Below are positions 11,961-25,093 of a stretch of DNA of 64,000 bases, one piece after another. Position 1 is the first letter of the stretch. Each line of letters begins with the position of its first letter. This DNA comes from Octopus vulgaris (taxonomy: Eukaryota), in assembly GCA_951406725.2 (NCBI GenBank), contig OX597822.1:18414001-18478000 (forward strand), read 5' to 3'. Under the pieces are notes generated by a model. That model was not told where the DNA came from. It saw only the letters and a program-made list of their open reading frames with translations, and ran no database searches. The translations under genes were made by a program, and so were the position numbers.

Positions 11961-13699
11961 ATCATATCATCTGGGTAATAACACTGTAGCAAGCTTTCCA
12001 AAGCTCCTCTACAATTGTCTGCTCCCAAATGCTGCCAAACAGTAGGACTTCCCCTTTTACTGGATATACATGTAGAAATCTGTGGATATTGACAGTGTTT
12101 AAACAAAAGAATTTTAATATGAAAAGATGGAATGAACAGTCTTCATTCCCAATCACTACAGTTATTTTGGTGCATCCTTATAAGCTGTTCATTGCTGAAT
12201 GTTACACATATAAGACACATTATTGAATTTATATGATTCATCAATAACCGTATACATGCACATCCTCAGGTCAGTAGGTTCTAGAGCACTGCTGGATCAT
12301 CTTTAGTTTGTCTTTACAGAGGGAATATATATATAGATATATGTAATGAGCTTTCTTACTGTACATATATTATTGTTGTTGCTGCTGCTGTTGTTGTTAG
12401 TAGTAGTAGTAGTAGTAGTAGTATGGCCAGGTTCTAACTCAGGCTGCAGCAACAAAATTCACCTGCCACACTTCTCACAGTCTGTCATCACTGCCTCGAT
12501 ATCCTGGATACATTCTAGGCCAGTGTCTGTAATCAAGTGTCCTATGTAAGCATGACGATATTTTCCTCTTCTTACAAAGTGGGTTTGTAAGAAGTGGGTT
12601 CCACAAGACTAATTTGGATGCTTCCTGTTAAGGTGGTGCAAACAGTAACCAGATAGTTGCAGCCGTCTTTGTCTGTACATATATATGTAAAATCAATTAT
12701 CTTATGCACTGTGAAAAATAATCTGCATAATGCATGTGACTAAATTAATAATTGCTAGCATATTAGTGAACATGATGCAAGATGGTTAAAAAGTGAAGTG
12801 ATGAAACAATTGTAAACAATGTATTAAAAGTAGTATTGTTAAGTCTATTCTTCGAGTTATCATATATAGTCTATTGGAAATTTGTTCTCTGCTTATTGGG
12901 TTCAGTAGCTTCATTAGAGAGTGTCCCCTTTTCATGTTTCAAATAGACACTATCCATAGAAGTGTTTCATGAGTTAAATGTCTGACACACTGTGTGTTTG
13001 TCTGTCTGTGCCGGCAGATGTTAGTAAACGAATTCAGTAAACCTTAGAGTAATAAGACATCTATTCATCGAAGGTGTAGTTGATTTAGAAGAGTTTAATT
13101 TCATGTTTTATCCATTATGTACTAATTATTGATCTAAATTAAATAGTTTCAGTAGATTTTTCTTGCTGGTTCTGGTGGCAGTGGCAGTACCCCCCATCTC
13201 TCCATGACTGGTGAAGTTGGTGCCATTAATGTTGCATTCAAACTGCTGCAAGTCAACACATGCAGGAAATACATGAGCTTTGGAATAGGTGAGGGTTAGT
13301 GACAGTAAGAGCATCTAGCTGTAGAAAATCAGCCTCAATGAATTCCATCTGAATTCCATCATGCAAAATTGGTAAAACGAATATTAAAAAGAAATTATCA
13401 TAATTTTATATATTTCTTCCATGCTTTCTTGGATAGGACAAAAGTTATTGAGGTTGTTATTCTATAGTTGATTACTATTCCTTTATTCCAACCATTACTT
13501 GTCTTCAAGTAAAGTACTTTATTCCATCTCTTCATACATTCAATGTATGAAGCACTAAGTTACCAGGCTTTTTGTTTATATTGGCATTTAGCAGTAACAG
13601 TGTGAAAATACATGGTGGCAAGCACACACCTAAGCAGAAGTGGCCAATGTTGACTGTGTTTAGAGAAGATAAGTCAACGTCAACACTTTTTCTTTGAAA

Positions 13700-14250
13700 A
13701 GATGTGTCCCTTTGCAAAACTTGAGCTACTTAGGTGCAAAAATATGGCCTATAATTGCATTGATTCATTTTACATTTATTATGACATATTACACATGATG
13801 GGATTCCATTTAGTTTCCATGTTTTTACTCCCTGTACTCTTATACACAAAGAAGATAGAACATTGACTGGCTGCATTGCAAAGAGCTATGAAAAGATCTG
13901 TGTTAGGATTATCATTATGAGAGTTCATTTAAAATAAGATAATTCAAGAATGGAGCAAAGTGAACAAAGTGATTGCAGACTACCAAAAGCACAAGTTCCA
14001 TTGGGCTGGACATGTTGCAAGGTTGCTACCACTCAACAACTGCATGGGTCCACTTGTTGTCTAACAAGTGGACCCATGCAGTTGTTGAGTGGTAGCCAAG
14101 AGATCAGAAAAGGCCACTTGGGAGGTCTGTGATGAGAAGAGGATTTAGTTAAGCAATTTGGGTCAAGACAGAAAAGAATGGAGCAAGCAAGACCAAATTG
14201 GAAGCACATTGTGACCAGTGGTGTGAAACAGCATCTGATGGTCTGGTCAG
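13700..14250 (+). mobile_element. Old RTE-clade LINE C-terminal remnant
   Basis: ALQRAMKRSVLGLSL...KHKFHWAGHVAR is readable across stops. Confidence 0.55.
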
Positions 14251-16040
14251 TGCTATGATACTATGATACCTCACTGAGAGGAAGCTTGCAAAACCTGAAG
14301 TTGATGTGATTGACACTTGCTTAAGGTGCCGTGGGGTTGGGGATTGAACTAGAAAATAGACATTTGAGAAATGAACCTCTTCACCGTAGAGTCATGAAGA
14401 TTTGTTCAGTTGTGCAGACATTCCTTCTGCTGTGTTAAAACATTATGGAATCAAAGTAGGGAGGTGAGACTTCGAAGAAACCGTTGCCAGTGGGAAAATG
14501 TTGATCGTTTTCAGTCTTCAATATGGGAATATTTTCAGATTATCAAAAAGTCATTTTGGAAACAGCATCAAGGCTGTGTTCATATCAAATTTTCCTCAAT
14601 TAGTACTGATTGTATGTGTGTGTGTATGTATGTGTGTGTGTGTGTGTGTGTATACCTCTTTCTCACTCTCTCAAAATATATGCACACACACAGACACACA
14701 TATATATAGTGTATGTGTGTATATTTTGAGAGAGAGAGTGAGAAAGGTATATATACATACATACATAAAACTATATAAATTGTTTTACTAGAACATCTAG
14801 TGATGCATACACAAACACACACACACACACTCGCATATAACACACTCAGATTCTTTTATAATATATGTATTGATTCTTGGAAAATTTGTCTGAGGTCACA
14901 TCACATAAATGTGTCTAAATTTTGCTTTATGATGCAGTGTGACATAAATATATGTGCTCAAATGTAATTGTCTGATACTTAAATGCATCTATACCTAGAC
15001 TTGTATGTAACATAGACATTTATGCGCATAGAATAGTAAATTAAATTTCTGGCCTTCATTTGTGGTTTAAAGCATACATCAATATGTGTGTGTGTGTGTG
15101 TATACATGTATATAAATGTGTGTGTATGTATATGTATGTATAAGTGTATATATGTGTGGTGTGTGTAGATATGTATGTATGTATGAATACCTTAGAGAGC
15201 TTTTTGTTGTTTTTCTTTTTTTATATTTTTTTTTTTGCCACTTTTTTCCTTTCTTTCTCTGAGAAATAAATAATGAGCTTTGAAAGATCACATTAACATT
15301 ATTACTAAACATAAAATATAAAGAAAATACTTGTCACACACAAGTTTCTCCATAAGTATAGTGAATACCTCAATGCTTTGTGGAAGTATAAAGTTTTTAA
15401 TCAACTAAAAGATTGCAAGGCAATTATGAAAGAGGTATTTTCATCACTTCTTTCTCATATTTTAGCTGATGAAATAAACTGCTTCCAATTCAGATCACTT
15501 TCTTCCTTCCATTCTTTCTTTCTTTCTTTTTTTCTTTCTCTCTTCACCTTCATTCCTCCTCCTCCTCCTCCTCTTTTAAGATGAATGGGACCAGACAAGG
15601 AATCTAAGTTAAATCTTTTTTTTTTTTTTTCATGTTTCCTGCATCCTTTTTGATGCCTAAACTAATTAACTATTAGACTGTGTCCATTTTAATTAATAAA
15701 AATGAAGAATATTTTTGATGTGCAGTTAGGAATGAAATTGAAGACAAAATGAAGAATGAAAAATTAATCTTTTGTTTTTGCCCTCTTAAGCCACCAGTTT
15801 TCTCAGGTGGTTTTGTTAAAATGTGAAACAGTAGTACTCTGGAGTAAGTTCAATTAACCATGCTCCATACAAGTATTAAAAGATATTGGGTTTAATCAAG
15901 GAATTTTTTTGTTATTTTTATTATTATTGCTGTAATATTAATAACAACAAATTCTTTATTATTATTATTATTATTGAGTCCAAAATCAAAATCAAAATTA
16001 TTATTATTATTATTATTGAGTACAAAATCAAAATCAAAAC

Positions 16041-16733
16041 CGATCAGGTAAAGGACCTGGGTATCTTGGTGGATTCCTCCTTTTCGCCTTCGGCCCAGTG
16101 CGTCCATGCTGCCAACAAAGCGCGCGGAATTCTGTTTTTGATTCGACGGTCATTCGGAATGCTCACATCAGCCATATTCCTACCACTCTATGTCACGCTG
16201 GTGAGACCCATATTGGAGTATGGGATTCAAGCCTCTTCTCCTTATCTCCTCAAAGACATACAGCATCTCGAAAGAGTCCAGAGGCTGGCTACCCGCATGG
16301 TTCATGGTCTCAAAAATTTGTCCTACGAAGAAAGGCTGAGGACGCTCGACCTTTATTCTCTTGAAAAACGCCGCCGCCGTGGTGATCTCATTCTCGCCCA
16401 CAACATCATAAGCGGGAAGTGTAACCTCTCGAAAGAGCTGTTCTTCACTCCTGCTCCGGAGCGTCGGCTGTGTGGTCATTCCGAAAAGCTCTACCTGCGA
16501 CGATTTCATCTCAATTGAAGGAGAGGAGCTTTCTCCGTCCGGGTTGCGGATCCGTGGAACAAGCTGCCAGACGAGATGGTGAAGATGCCGACGACCGCTT
16601 TGTTCAAAGCCTCCCTGGACCTCAAGTGGCCTGAACTCTTTACATGAACACCACCCTGTACTTAACTCCATGTCCCCCTACATGGCCTTGCTATTTGCTT
16701 TTGAGCCAAATTAACTAACTAACTAACTAACTA
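16041..16733 (+). mobile_element. Young 5'-truncated CR1-clade LINE (RT C-terminus, 3' UTR, (CTAA)n tail)
   Basis: KDLGILVD..AANKARGILFLIRRSF..LVRPILEY..LERVQRLATRMV..YEERLRTLDLYSLEKRRRRGDLI..FSVRVADPWNKLP, with one internal stop. CpG-rich. Ends AACTAACTAACTAACTAA. Confidence 0.92.
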
Positions 16734-17162
16734 AAATCGAAATTGATCAACATCAATGGAAATTGCAGCTGTGATACCAGTGCCAGTGGTACGTAAGAGA
16801 ACCATCTGAATGTGGCCGTTGCCAGCGCCGCCCCGACTGGCCTTGTGCCGGTGGCACGTAAAAAGCACCATCCGATCATGGCCGTTGCCAGCCTTGCCTG
16901 GCCCCCATGCAGGTGGCACATAAAAAGCACCATCCGATCATGGCCGTTTGCCAGCCTCATCTGGCACCTATGCCAGTGGCACGTAAAAAGCACCCACTAC
17001 ACTCATGGAGTGGTTGGTGTTAGGAAGGGCATCCAGCCGTAGAAACATTGCCAGATCAAACTGGGCCTGGTGCAGCCTTCTGGCTTCCGAGACCCCAGTT
17101 GAACCGTCCAACCCATGCTAGCATGGAAAGCGGACGCTAAACAATGATGATGACGACGATGA
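16734..17162 (+). mobile_element. Family D RTE-type tail element with internal ~60-bp tandem sub-repeats
   Basis: GTGGCACGTAAAAAGCACC-type units recur 3-4 times, then GGAAGGGCATCCAG...GGACGCTAAAC and (GAT)n. Confidence 0.85.
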
Positions 17163-17718
17163 TGAGTGAGAGAGCAGTGCATGCCATCAAAGTGACACTG
17201 GGGTAAAATATACGAAACCTAGTATACCCATCATGACTACCCATCTGATAAGGGTACACCAGGCACATGCATCACAACCATATATGTGTGACATGGTGAT
17301 CTCATATCAAAATAAACAGTGCATGACCTTGCAGGTGGGGCCCAGTTAGAATTTTCTTCTGGTCGAGTAACCCATCCCACTCAAAAGGTCCCTGAATAAG
17401 GGTTGTTTAAGGATGTTGAACAAAACACCCATGTTCCCAGGGTTGAATTATTCAAACTCCAAAGAATTCCTCTCAGCACATAGGTATGATGCTCCCCCAC
17501 TACTTCTGCTCGTGATCAGAGATGCACATATCGTCAGCCACTAAGGGACATGCTCAACTGGTTAAGGTCAAACAACTGACAAGCAAATATGTGGTATTGA
17601 GCAGAATATTTGCTGTAGCCCATCTTTTATACCAAGGCAAAACAATGTACATGATAACACTTCCAATCAGTTAAGGTCAGAAGCCATGAGAGCCACTGCC
17701 TGGTACTGCATCAGGGCA
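17163..17718 (-). mobile_element. Family A ~555-bp repeat, full copy
   Basis: Colinear with 2401-2958. Separated from the Dong element's 3' end only by (TTA)n. Confidence 0.85.
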
Positions 17719-17739
17719 TTTTATTATTATTATTATTAT

Positions 17740-20388
17740 TCAGTAATTTTATTTTTTATAGCGTGCTTTCACTTCACTACCGAGCGCAGCTCTGTGTGCC
17801 TTGGGTATGTGCTGTGATTTGTTGTGATGCTCTGATGGTTATTGTATGGAAAGTGTTCTGCATAGGATGTGTGCAGTGCCTAGTAGTGCAATTTTCTGTA
17901 TGTTATATGTGTTTGTAAGTCCTGGTGTTTTTGTTATGTATTTGTCTGAATATTTTTTTTATCATACCTAATGCACCTACTATGATAGGAATTGTTTCTG
18001 TTTTTAGATTCCACATTCTGGTTACCTCTATTTCCATGTCTTTGTATTTTGAAAGTTTCTCCATTTCTTTTAGAGACACGTTGTCATCTGCCAGTATTGA
18101 TACATCAATTAGAAACAATTTTTTTCTTCATGATCTCTGACAACTATATCTGGTCTGTTGGCCTTAATTTCTCTATCTGTGTGTATCGGCATATCCCAGA
18201 GTATGGTTGCCTTCTCATTTTCTGTGACCTTTTCTGGTGTGAGCCTATACCATCTTTTTTCTGTTGTTATTCCATAATGTTGGCATAGCTTCCAGTGTAT
18301 GTAGGTTCCAACTCTGTCATGTCTGTGAATATATTCCTTCTTAGCCAGGACTGGGCAGCCAGAGATAATATGATTTATTGTTTCTTGTCCATCTCCACAT
18401 ATTCTGCAGTTACTTGTTATATTTCTTTTCATTACATGTTTTTGGTAATTTCTGGTGGGGAGGCTTTGGTCTTGTGCTGCAATTAAAAATCCCTCTGTCT
18501 CTGCTTTGAGTCCTGAGCTTCTCAACCATTGCTGGGATTTTTCTTTGTCTATTTCTTTTGCGTTTAGTTTAGTGCAGTATTTACCATGAAGGGGCTTTTC
18601 TTGCCATCGTTTTATCATGGTTCGTTGCTGTTCTAGTTTTAGTTTGGATTTCATTTGTTTTATAGCTTTTGTTGTTTCTTCATCTTCTTCTTCTTCTTCT
18701 TCTTCTTCTTCTTCTTCTTCTTCTTCTTCTTCTTCTTTATATTTGTTAGGTGGTATGATTTCTTGTTTGTATTTGTCAGCTTCCTTAAATACTGAGAACA
18801 GTTTTTTGTTTTGCTCGTGTTTTGCCGCTATTTGTATCAGTTTTCCTTCATTCTGAAGTAGATATTTTTGCAGTCCTATGGTGGTTATTTTATAGTAGCT
18901 TTCCAGCTGTATAAGGCCTCTACCACCTTCTATACGTTGTATATATGTCAGATTTTGGGTGATGCATCCTAGATCCTGTCATTATTTTTCTTGTTTTCCT
19001 ATCTATTTTGGTCAGTTCATTTAGCGTCCAGTTAAGGATATTGTAGCTGTAACTTATAACTGGGACAGCTAAAGTGTTAATACCTATTATCTTGTTTTTA
19101 GCATTGAGCTCTGTTTTTAGTATTGATCTAACTCGTCTATAATATTCTTTTTTTATTTTCTCTTTCATTTGTGTGTGTTGTGTCTTATCTAGTTCATGGA
19201 TTCCTAAGTATTTGTAAGTTTGGCTTTGGTCTAATTCTTTTATTTCATTGGTTTTATCTAGTGTGATGTTGCTACTCTTAACTAGTTTTCCTCTTTTCAT
19301 GGTTACTTTGGCGCATTTCTCTAATCCAAATTTCATATCTATTTCTTTGGTAAATCCATGAACTGTCTTTAATAGTGTTTCCAGCTGTTTGTCATTTGCA
19401 GCGTATAGTTTTAGGTCATCCATATATAAAAGGTGGCTGATCGTTTTGCCGTAACATTTATATCCGCATCCAGTTCTACTTCTCATATCAGATAGGGGTG
19501 ACAGTGCCAAGCAGTAAAGGAGTGGAGAGAGTGTGTCTCCCTGGAATATTCCTCTTCTAATGGGGATGGCTTTGGTTTTCATGAGTCCCTCTTTTGTTTG
19601 GAGCTGTAGCACTGTTTGCCATTTATTCATAGAGTGCCCAATGAATTTTATAATTGTTGGTGCTACTTTGTTAATGGCTAGTGTTTCGAGGATCCATGTG
19701 TGGGGGATGCTATCAAACGCCTTTTTGTAGTCGATCCAGGCCATACTGAGGCCTTTCTTCTTTCTGTGGCTGTCTTCAGTTATGGCTTTATTGATCATTA
19801 GTTGATCTTTACAGCCGTATGAGCCTTTGCGGCATCTTTTCTGCTCTTCTGGAAACAGGTTGTTTTCGTCTAGGTGCTTGTTCAACCTTTGCGATATCAC
19901 TGCAGTAAATGCCTTGTACATCGTAGGGAGACAGGTTATTGGTCTGTAGTTTTCTGGTTTTGCTGTCTCATTTGATTTGGAAATTAAGATGGTTTTCCCC
20001 TTCGTGAGCCATTCAGGCATTGTCTCTGGCTCTGCTAGTATGTTGTTAAAATTTTCAGCCAGCTTTTTGTGCATTCCTGTTAGATATTTCAACCAGAAGT
20101 TGAGGATCTTGTCATGCCCAGGTGCCTTCCAGTTGCTTAGTCTTTGCAGTGCCTGGGTGACCTCTTCAGTTGTTATGGGGGTCCAAAGTTGCTCAGATGC
20201 TGAGTTTGTTATTTTAATACTCCTTTTTTTTGGTTGTTCGTTCACCAACCATATTTCTCTCCAGAATTCTTCCACTTCTTCTACCGTTGGTGCTGCAGTG
20301 ATTTCTATTTTATTTTTGCCCAGTTCTTGGTAGAACTTTTTGGGGTTGGAGTTGAACTTTTTAGAACTTTTTGGGGTTGGAGTTGAAC

Positions 20389-20392
<4 letters not shown>
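17740..20392 (-). mobile_element. 5'-truncated R4/Dong-like non-LTR retrotransposon (RT + CCHC knuckle + restriction-like endonuclease), frameshifted
   Basis: RT motifs NWKAPGHD, NYRPITCLPT, WIDYKKAFDSIPH, GIFQGDTLSPL, HLLYMDDLK and YKYLG (18920-20275). Knuckle CRIC..ETINHIISGC..RHD and RLE motifs ANRPDIV, LIDVS, EKLSKY and VGALG. (TAA)n on both sides matches the known Dong target. Confidence 0.95.
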
Positions 20393-20432
<40 letters not shown>

Positions 20433-21329
20433 GATGAGTTGACTCAGATTAATTTTTATTCCTGATAATATTTATATGGATTGCAGGTTACTACTTGTAA
20501 ATCTTAGGTATCCACAAGTTTTCAGCTGTCTTTCAAGTGCTTTGAACCCTCCTGATAATCTTTGCTGTCCTTTAGAGACAAACTTTCTGTGGGAGCTCTA
20601 CAGGGCATTTTATTCTATTCCTATCACCATCATCATTATTATTATTATCATCATCATCAATACAAAGGTCATAGATTAGGATTAGCACGTCAGACCAAAA
20701 AAAACCCCAACAGTTTTCCTGCAGTATTTGCTCTTTCTCTATGCATTTCAAGTTCAAATCCTGCCCATGACAAATTTGCCTTTCGTTCTTTTGAAGTTGC
20801 CATCATCATCATCCTCCTCATCATCATCATCATCATCAAACATTCATATTCCAAGTTGGTGTGGGTTGGATGGTTTGACAGGATCCAGTGGACCCAGGGA
20901 TTTACTGTGCTTCATTGTCTGCTTTGGCATGGGTCCTACAGCTGGGTTCCTGCTCTAAAGCCAACCACTTAATAATGTGGATTAGGTGGCAGGGTCTTTT
21001 TGCACGAAAGCTAATGAGGTCACTGTGCAGCTTACCAAACTACGGCTCCCAAAAGAAAGGGGCAGTTTTATGCTAAGAGATGAGGAGTAAAGTATAAAAG
21101 AGCAGAAGAGGTTTGTTGGTTTCTTCCATTTTAAAAAAGTTGGGTGGAATGATGAAGTGGAACGGGTAAGCAATGGTGATGAGGGGTCAAGGTGGACAGT
21201 GAACATATGAAGCAGGTAAGAATTAGTGGCGCAAAAGGGCCGGCCATAAGTGAGGGGCCATGAGATGTCTGATAGTGTAAAGCACCAGCAGGATAGAAAT
21301 GATGATACAGTAAACAGGATCATCAGTAT

Positions 21330-23045
21330 TTCCAACCAGCAAACTTATTATTAAAGTGACCAAGTCACTCACACACAAACACACACATGTATACACATAC
21401 ATATTCACACTTCTGGCAGTCGATGGAGTTAAATTTCTGCACATTTTCAGCCTCTATTGTATCTATGCATCTGCCACATACAAAAGCTATCTTTCCTGTT
21501 AACCTTCCTCTGATATTGCTGCACCTCTTATGTGTTCAAAGCTTACATTGGGTACATTTTATGGAGTTTCTACCTACACCTTTTCTACAGATTGAGCAGA
21601 GCCATCTCCCTGAAGGGATTTGTGATTTGTCTGCCTTCCTACTTACTAAAACTTTTTTAGTAAGTTTTTGCTAAGTTAACTCTAAGGCCCTTCGATTCTA
21701 GACCTTGCTTCCACACCTGAAACTTCTCCTCTTGTTCTGGAAGTGATTCATCTATAAGAGCAAAGTCATCAACATAGAGGAGCTCCTAGGGGGCAGCCTG
21801 TCTTAAATTCCTCTGTTATTGCCTGGAGGCCTATGATGAACAAGAGGGGGCTGAAGACTGATCCTTGGTGAACCCCTACTTGTACCCTGAATTCTTTGCT
21901 ATACTTGTTGCCAACCCTCACCTTACAGGTAGCGTCTGTGTACAAGGCTTATACAGCTCTCAGCAACCACTTATTTATCCCTACTTTCCACATTGACCAC
22001 CAGATAACAGATCAGGGGACCTGTCCAAGTCTTTCTCCAAATCAACAAAAGCCATGCACAGAGGTTTATTTTTGGCTAGGTATTTCTCCTGCAGCTGCCT
22101 TAGCATCAGTGGTGTTACTCCTTGGCACAAAACCAAACTACATCTCATCTAGACTAATTCTCCCCCTAATTAGTTGGTCTATGACTCTCTCCGTAACTTT
22201 TATCACCTGATCCAACAATTTTATACCTCTATAATTATTTCTATCTAAAGCATCACCTTTACCTTTGTAGCAGTTGACTATGGTGCTGTTACACCAGTCA
22301 TTCAATATCACTCCTTCGTGAATCAACTGACTTATAAAATGGGTAACAAGATCATAACCCACACTGCCAGATATGTTAAGAATCTCAGTGGTAATTCCTG
22401 AAGGACTGGGGGCTTTCCCTGTCTTAACTGCTTATCTACCAGGGTACTGTCAATTCAGATAGCTGGTCCTTCAATTGGGTCAACATCTGGGAGATTCTCC
22501 CCCTCCCACTCGTTCTCTACATTCAGCAGTCTTTCATAATTGCATTTCCAAGCCTCTTTCTGTGCAGAATCATTAAATGCAAGTGCACCATCGTCCATGT
22601 GGACACGTTTCTCTCTTATGATATCACAATTTTCTCTCAGATACTGTCTTGCAATCTGGAACACTTCAATTCTTTGGCCCTCACATCGCTGAACTTAGGC
22701 AAACTTCCTCTTTTCTGCTTCTCCCTTGGTGAGGTATTCCTGTCTTCTAGATTCCCTTCAGGCTATCTGATACAGTGCCCTTCTACCCCAACTCTTCCAG
22801 GCCTGTTTCTTTGCTCTGATAGTCCTTGTCTATAGTATCGTTCCACCACTATGTTACCCTAGGTCTGGAATGGACTTTGCACTAGCCACAGATTTGGTCT
22901 GTGGCACTCAGCGAGCTGTTCTGCAGGAATTCCCAGTTGCCCTCTTGTCATAAGTTTTGTATCTCCTCCTCCCCTCATCAAATTTCTCAATTAGGATGTC
23001 CTTAAATCTCTGACCATATGAAGGGTCTTTAAGCTTCCAAATCCT
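21330..23045 (-). mobile_element. Degraded RTE-clade LINE (RT region)
   Basis: CYKGKGDALDRNNYRGIKLLDQVIKV, QVGVHQGSVFSPLLFII and ELLYVDD on the minus strand. Same family as 49600-52400. Confidence 0.88.
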
Positions 23046-23117
23046 TTATATATAGAAATAATATATTTCTAAATCTCTGAGAGAAATTTATGCAGTAGCA
23101 GCATGATAAAGTGATAG

Positions 23118-23452
23118 CATGTGGTCAACTTAATGTGACAGACCCATAAAAGGGAAGAATGTTACTGTTATTTAACCCTAGGAAACATTATTTCCTGTTG
23201 GACTTGACACATGCTTTCAAAGGTGAATAGGCATTGACAGCTAGCAAGCCATGCTACTTCATACTGATGATGAGCAGTGACTCTGAAACTAGTCTCTAGA
23301 TGCTGGTTTTGTTGGGTAGAGGTGCTTATCTCCACTTTGAAAACATAAGGACACAGGAGATGTGTCAAGTCCAACAGGAAAGTGTTTCCTAGGGCTAAAT
23401 AACAGTAACATTTTTCCCTTTTATGGGACTGTCACATTAAGTTGACAACATG
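23118..23452. mobile_element. Fold-back element with ~95-bp terminal inverted arms
   Basis: 23118-23212 is the near reverse complement of 23359-23452 (CATGTGGTCAACTTAATGTGACAG... / ...CTGTCACATTAAGTTGACAACATG). Confidence 0.85.
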
Positions 23453-23479
23453 TTCATCCTATATATATATATTCTCTTC

Positions 23480-23672
23480 CTGGTTTCTGCCAGGGGCTGG
23501 GGCCATGATAGAGCATCACCTTTCAGTGTTTTGGAGTCTCCTTTTGGTACTGTTTTTTGGTGAAGGAACGAGTTGGATGAAGCTGCTCTTCTTTATACCC
23601 CGCTGCTGTGATGGGCACTCATCTGGGATTTCAGGTAGAAATTTGTCCAGGTGCTTTTTCAATGTTTCCACA
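23480..23672 (-). mobile_element. CR1-like LINE extreme 3' remnant
   Basis: Minus strand reads VETLKKHLDKFLPEIPDE...RRAASSNSF. Confidence 0.55.
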
Positions 23673-23679
23673 TCTACTT

Positions 23680-24020
23680 CTTCACCACCTCCACACTCAC
23701 AAGATTTAGCACCTTCAGACTATCATCTCTTCTGCGCCACGAAAGAAGGTTTGAGAGGTGAACATTGTTCCAGTGATGAAGAAGTGAAAACTGTTGTGAA
23801 GAAGTGGCTCAAAGAACAGTCAACAGAATTTTACGAGGCCGGGATACATGCTTTCATTCGAAGGTGGAACATTGCTATTGAGAGAAATGGTTACTATGTT
23901 GAGAAGTAGGGATGTGATCCACAGAGGACTAGCTTCATTTTGATGTATGATACATGTTCCTGTGTTGGTAATTATACCTGTCCTAAACAAAATGGCATTA
24001 CTTTTTTACTCATCCTCGTG
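23680..24020 (+). mobile_element. Mariner (DD34D) transposon 3' fragment with right TIR
   Basis: PPHSQDLAPSDYHLF..LRGEH..SDEEVK..FYEAGI..RWNIAIERNGYYVEK*. Ends ...TTACTCATCCTCGTG then (TA)n. Confidence 0.9.
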
Positions 24021-24310
24021 TATATATATATATATATATGCATGCATATGTGAGTCGTCTAAGAGATCATAAGTCAGGGAAATGATGCACTCATATATCT
24101 GCCAATAGAGTGGGTATATTATCCAAAATGTGTAGTATTATACACCAGCCACGATGGATATATAATACTATACATTTTGGATAATATATGTATATATCAT
24201 GTATGATACATACATATATATGTATATATCATGGATATCATCATATATGTGTGTATATGTATATATATATACATATATATATATACACACACATACACAC
24301 ACATAAATAC

Positions 24311-24350
<40 letters not shown>

Positions 24351-24393
24351 CATTAAATATATGTATATACAATCTCTAATATATATGTATATA

Positions 24394-24431
<38 letters not shown>

Positions 24432-24949
24432 CCATTTACAAAGACTTGCAACTATTTTTGTTTTGTTTTGTTTGTTTTAATTCTTTATTCAGTTTTAAAT
24501 TCAAATTCAATGACAGTTATTTAGGTCTTTATAAATTACAATATTTACAACAATCTCCAGAGACTAGGTGTATTGATTTCCTAGTGAGGCACAATGCCAA
24601 TAATCATAGTGGAGCAGAGTAGAATTGATTAAATCAACTCCAATATGTTGTTGATGCTTATTTAATCAACACAAGAAGAATGAAAGTCAAAAGTTTGACT
24701 CCTGTGAGATTTGAATTCAGAACATGAAGGTACAAAATTAAATACTGTAATGTATTTATGGTTCACTGCTTAACAATATCATTTATCTACATCACTTTTC
24801 TGGGGATTAGTCATATTAGGAAGTCTGTACTGGAGTTAGTTACGAGTTGATGAAAGATAAAAGGGGGAAAATGGTAACTCAACAGAACAGAGAATCTCAT
24901 AAACACATTAGGTGTCTGTGCATCATGGAAAACTGTTGTCATCTTTGTA

Positions 24950-25055
24950 TCTCTCTCACTCTCTCTTTCCACATCTCTCACTCTCCCCTCACTCTGTCCT
25001 CCTCCTTTCTCTCTCCCCCTCTTCTGTGCTTCTCCCTCTTTCTGTGCCTCTATCA

Positions 25056-25093
<38 letters not shown>

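Noticed and set aside
15886-16040. N-terminal part of the 210-aa ORF
   Set aside because: Read-through from (ATT)n/(AAAATC)n; only the part from ~16041 is CR1 coding sequence.
16780-17000. CRISPR-like repeat/spacer pattern (GTGGCACGTAAAAAGCACC units)
   Set aside because: Irregular degenerate sub-repeats within a retroposon 3' UTR in eukaryotic DNA; no cas genes.
23442-23909. 155-aa ORF as a SETMAR-like domesticated gene
   Set aside because: Chance fusion of an antisense CR1 remnant and a mariner 3' fragment; the first catalytic residues and any SET domain are absent.
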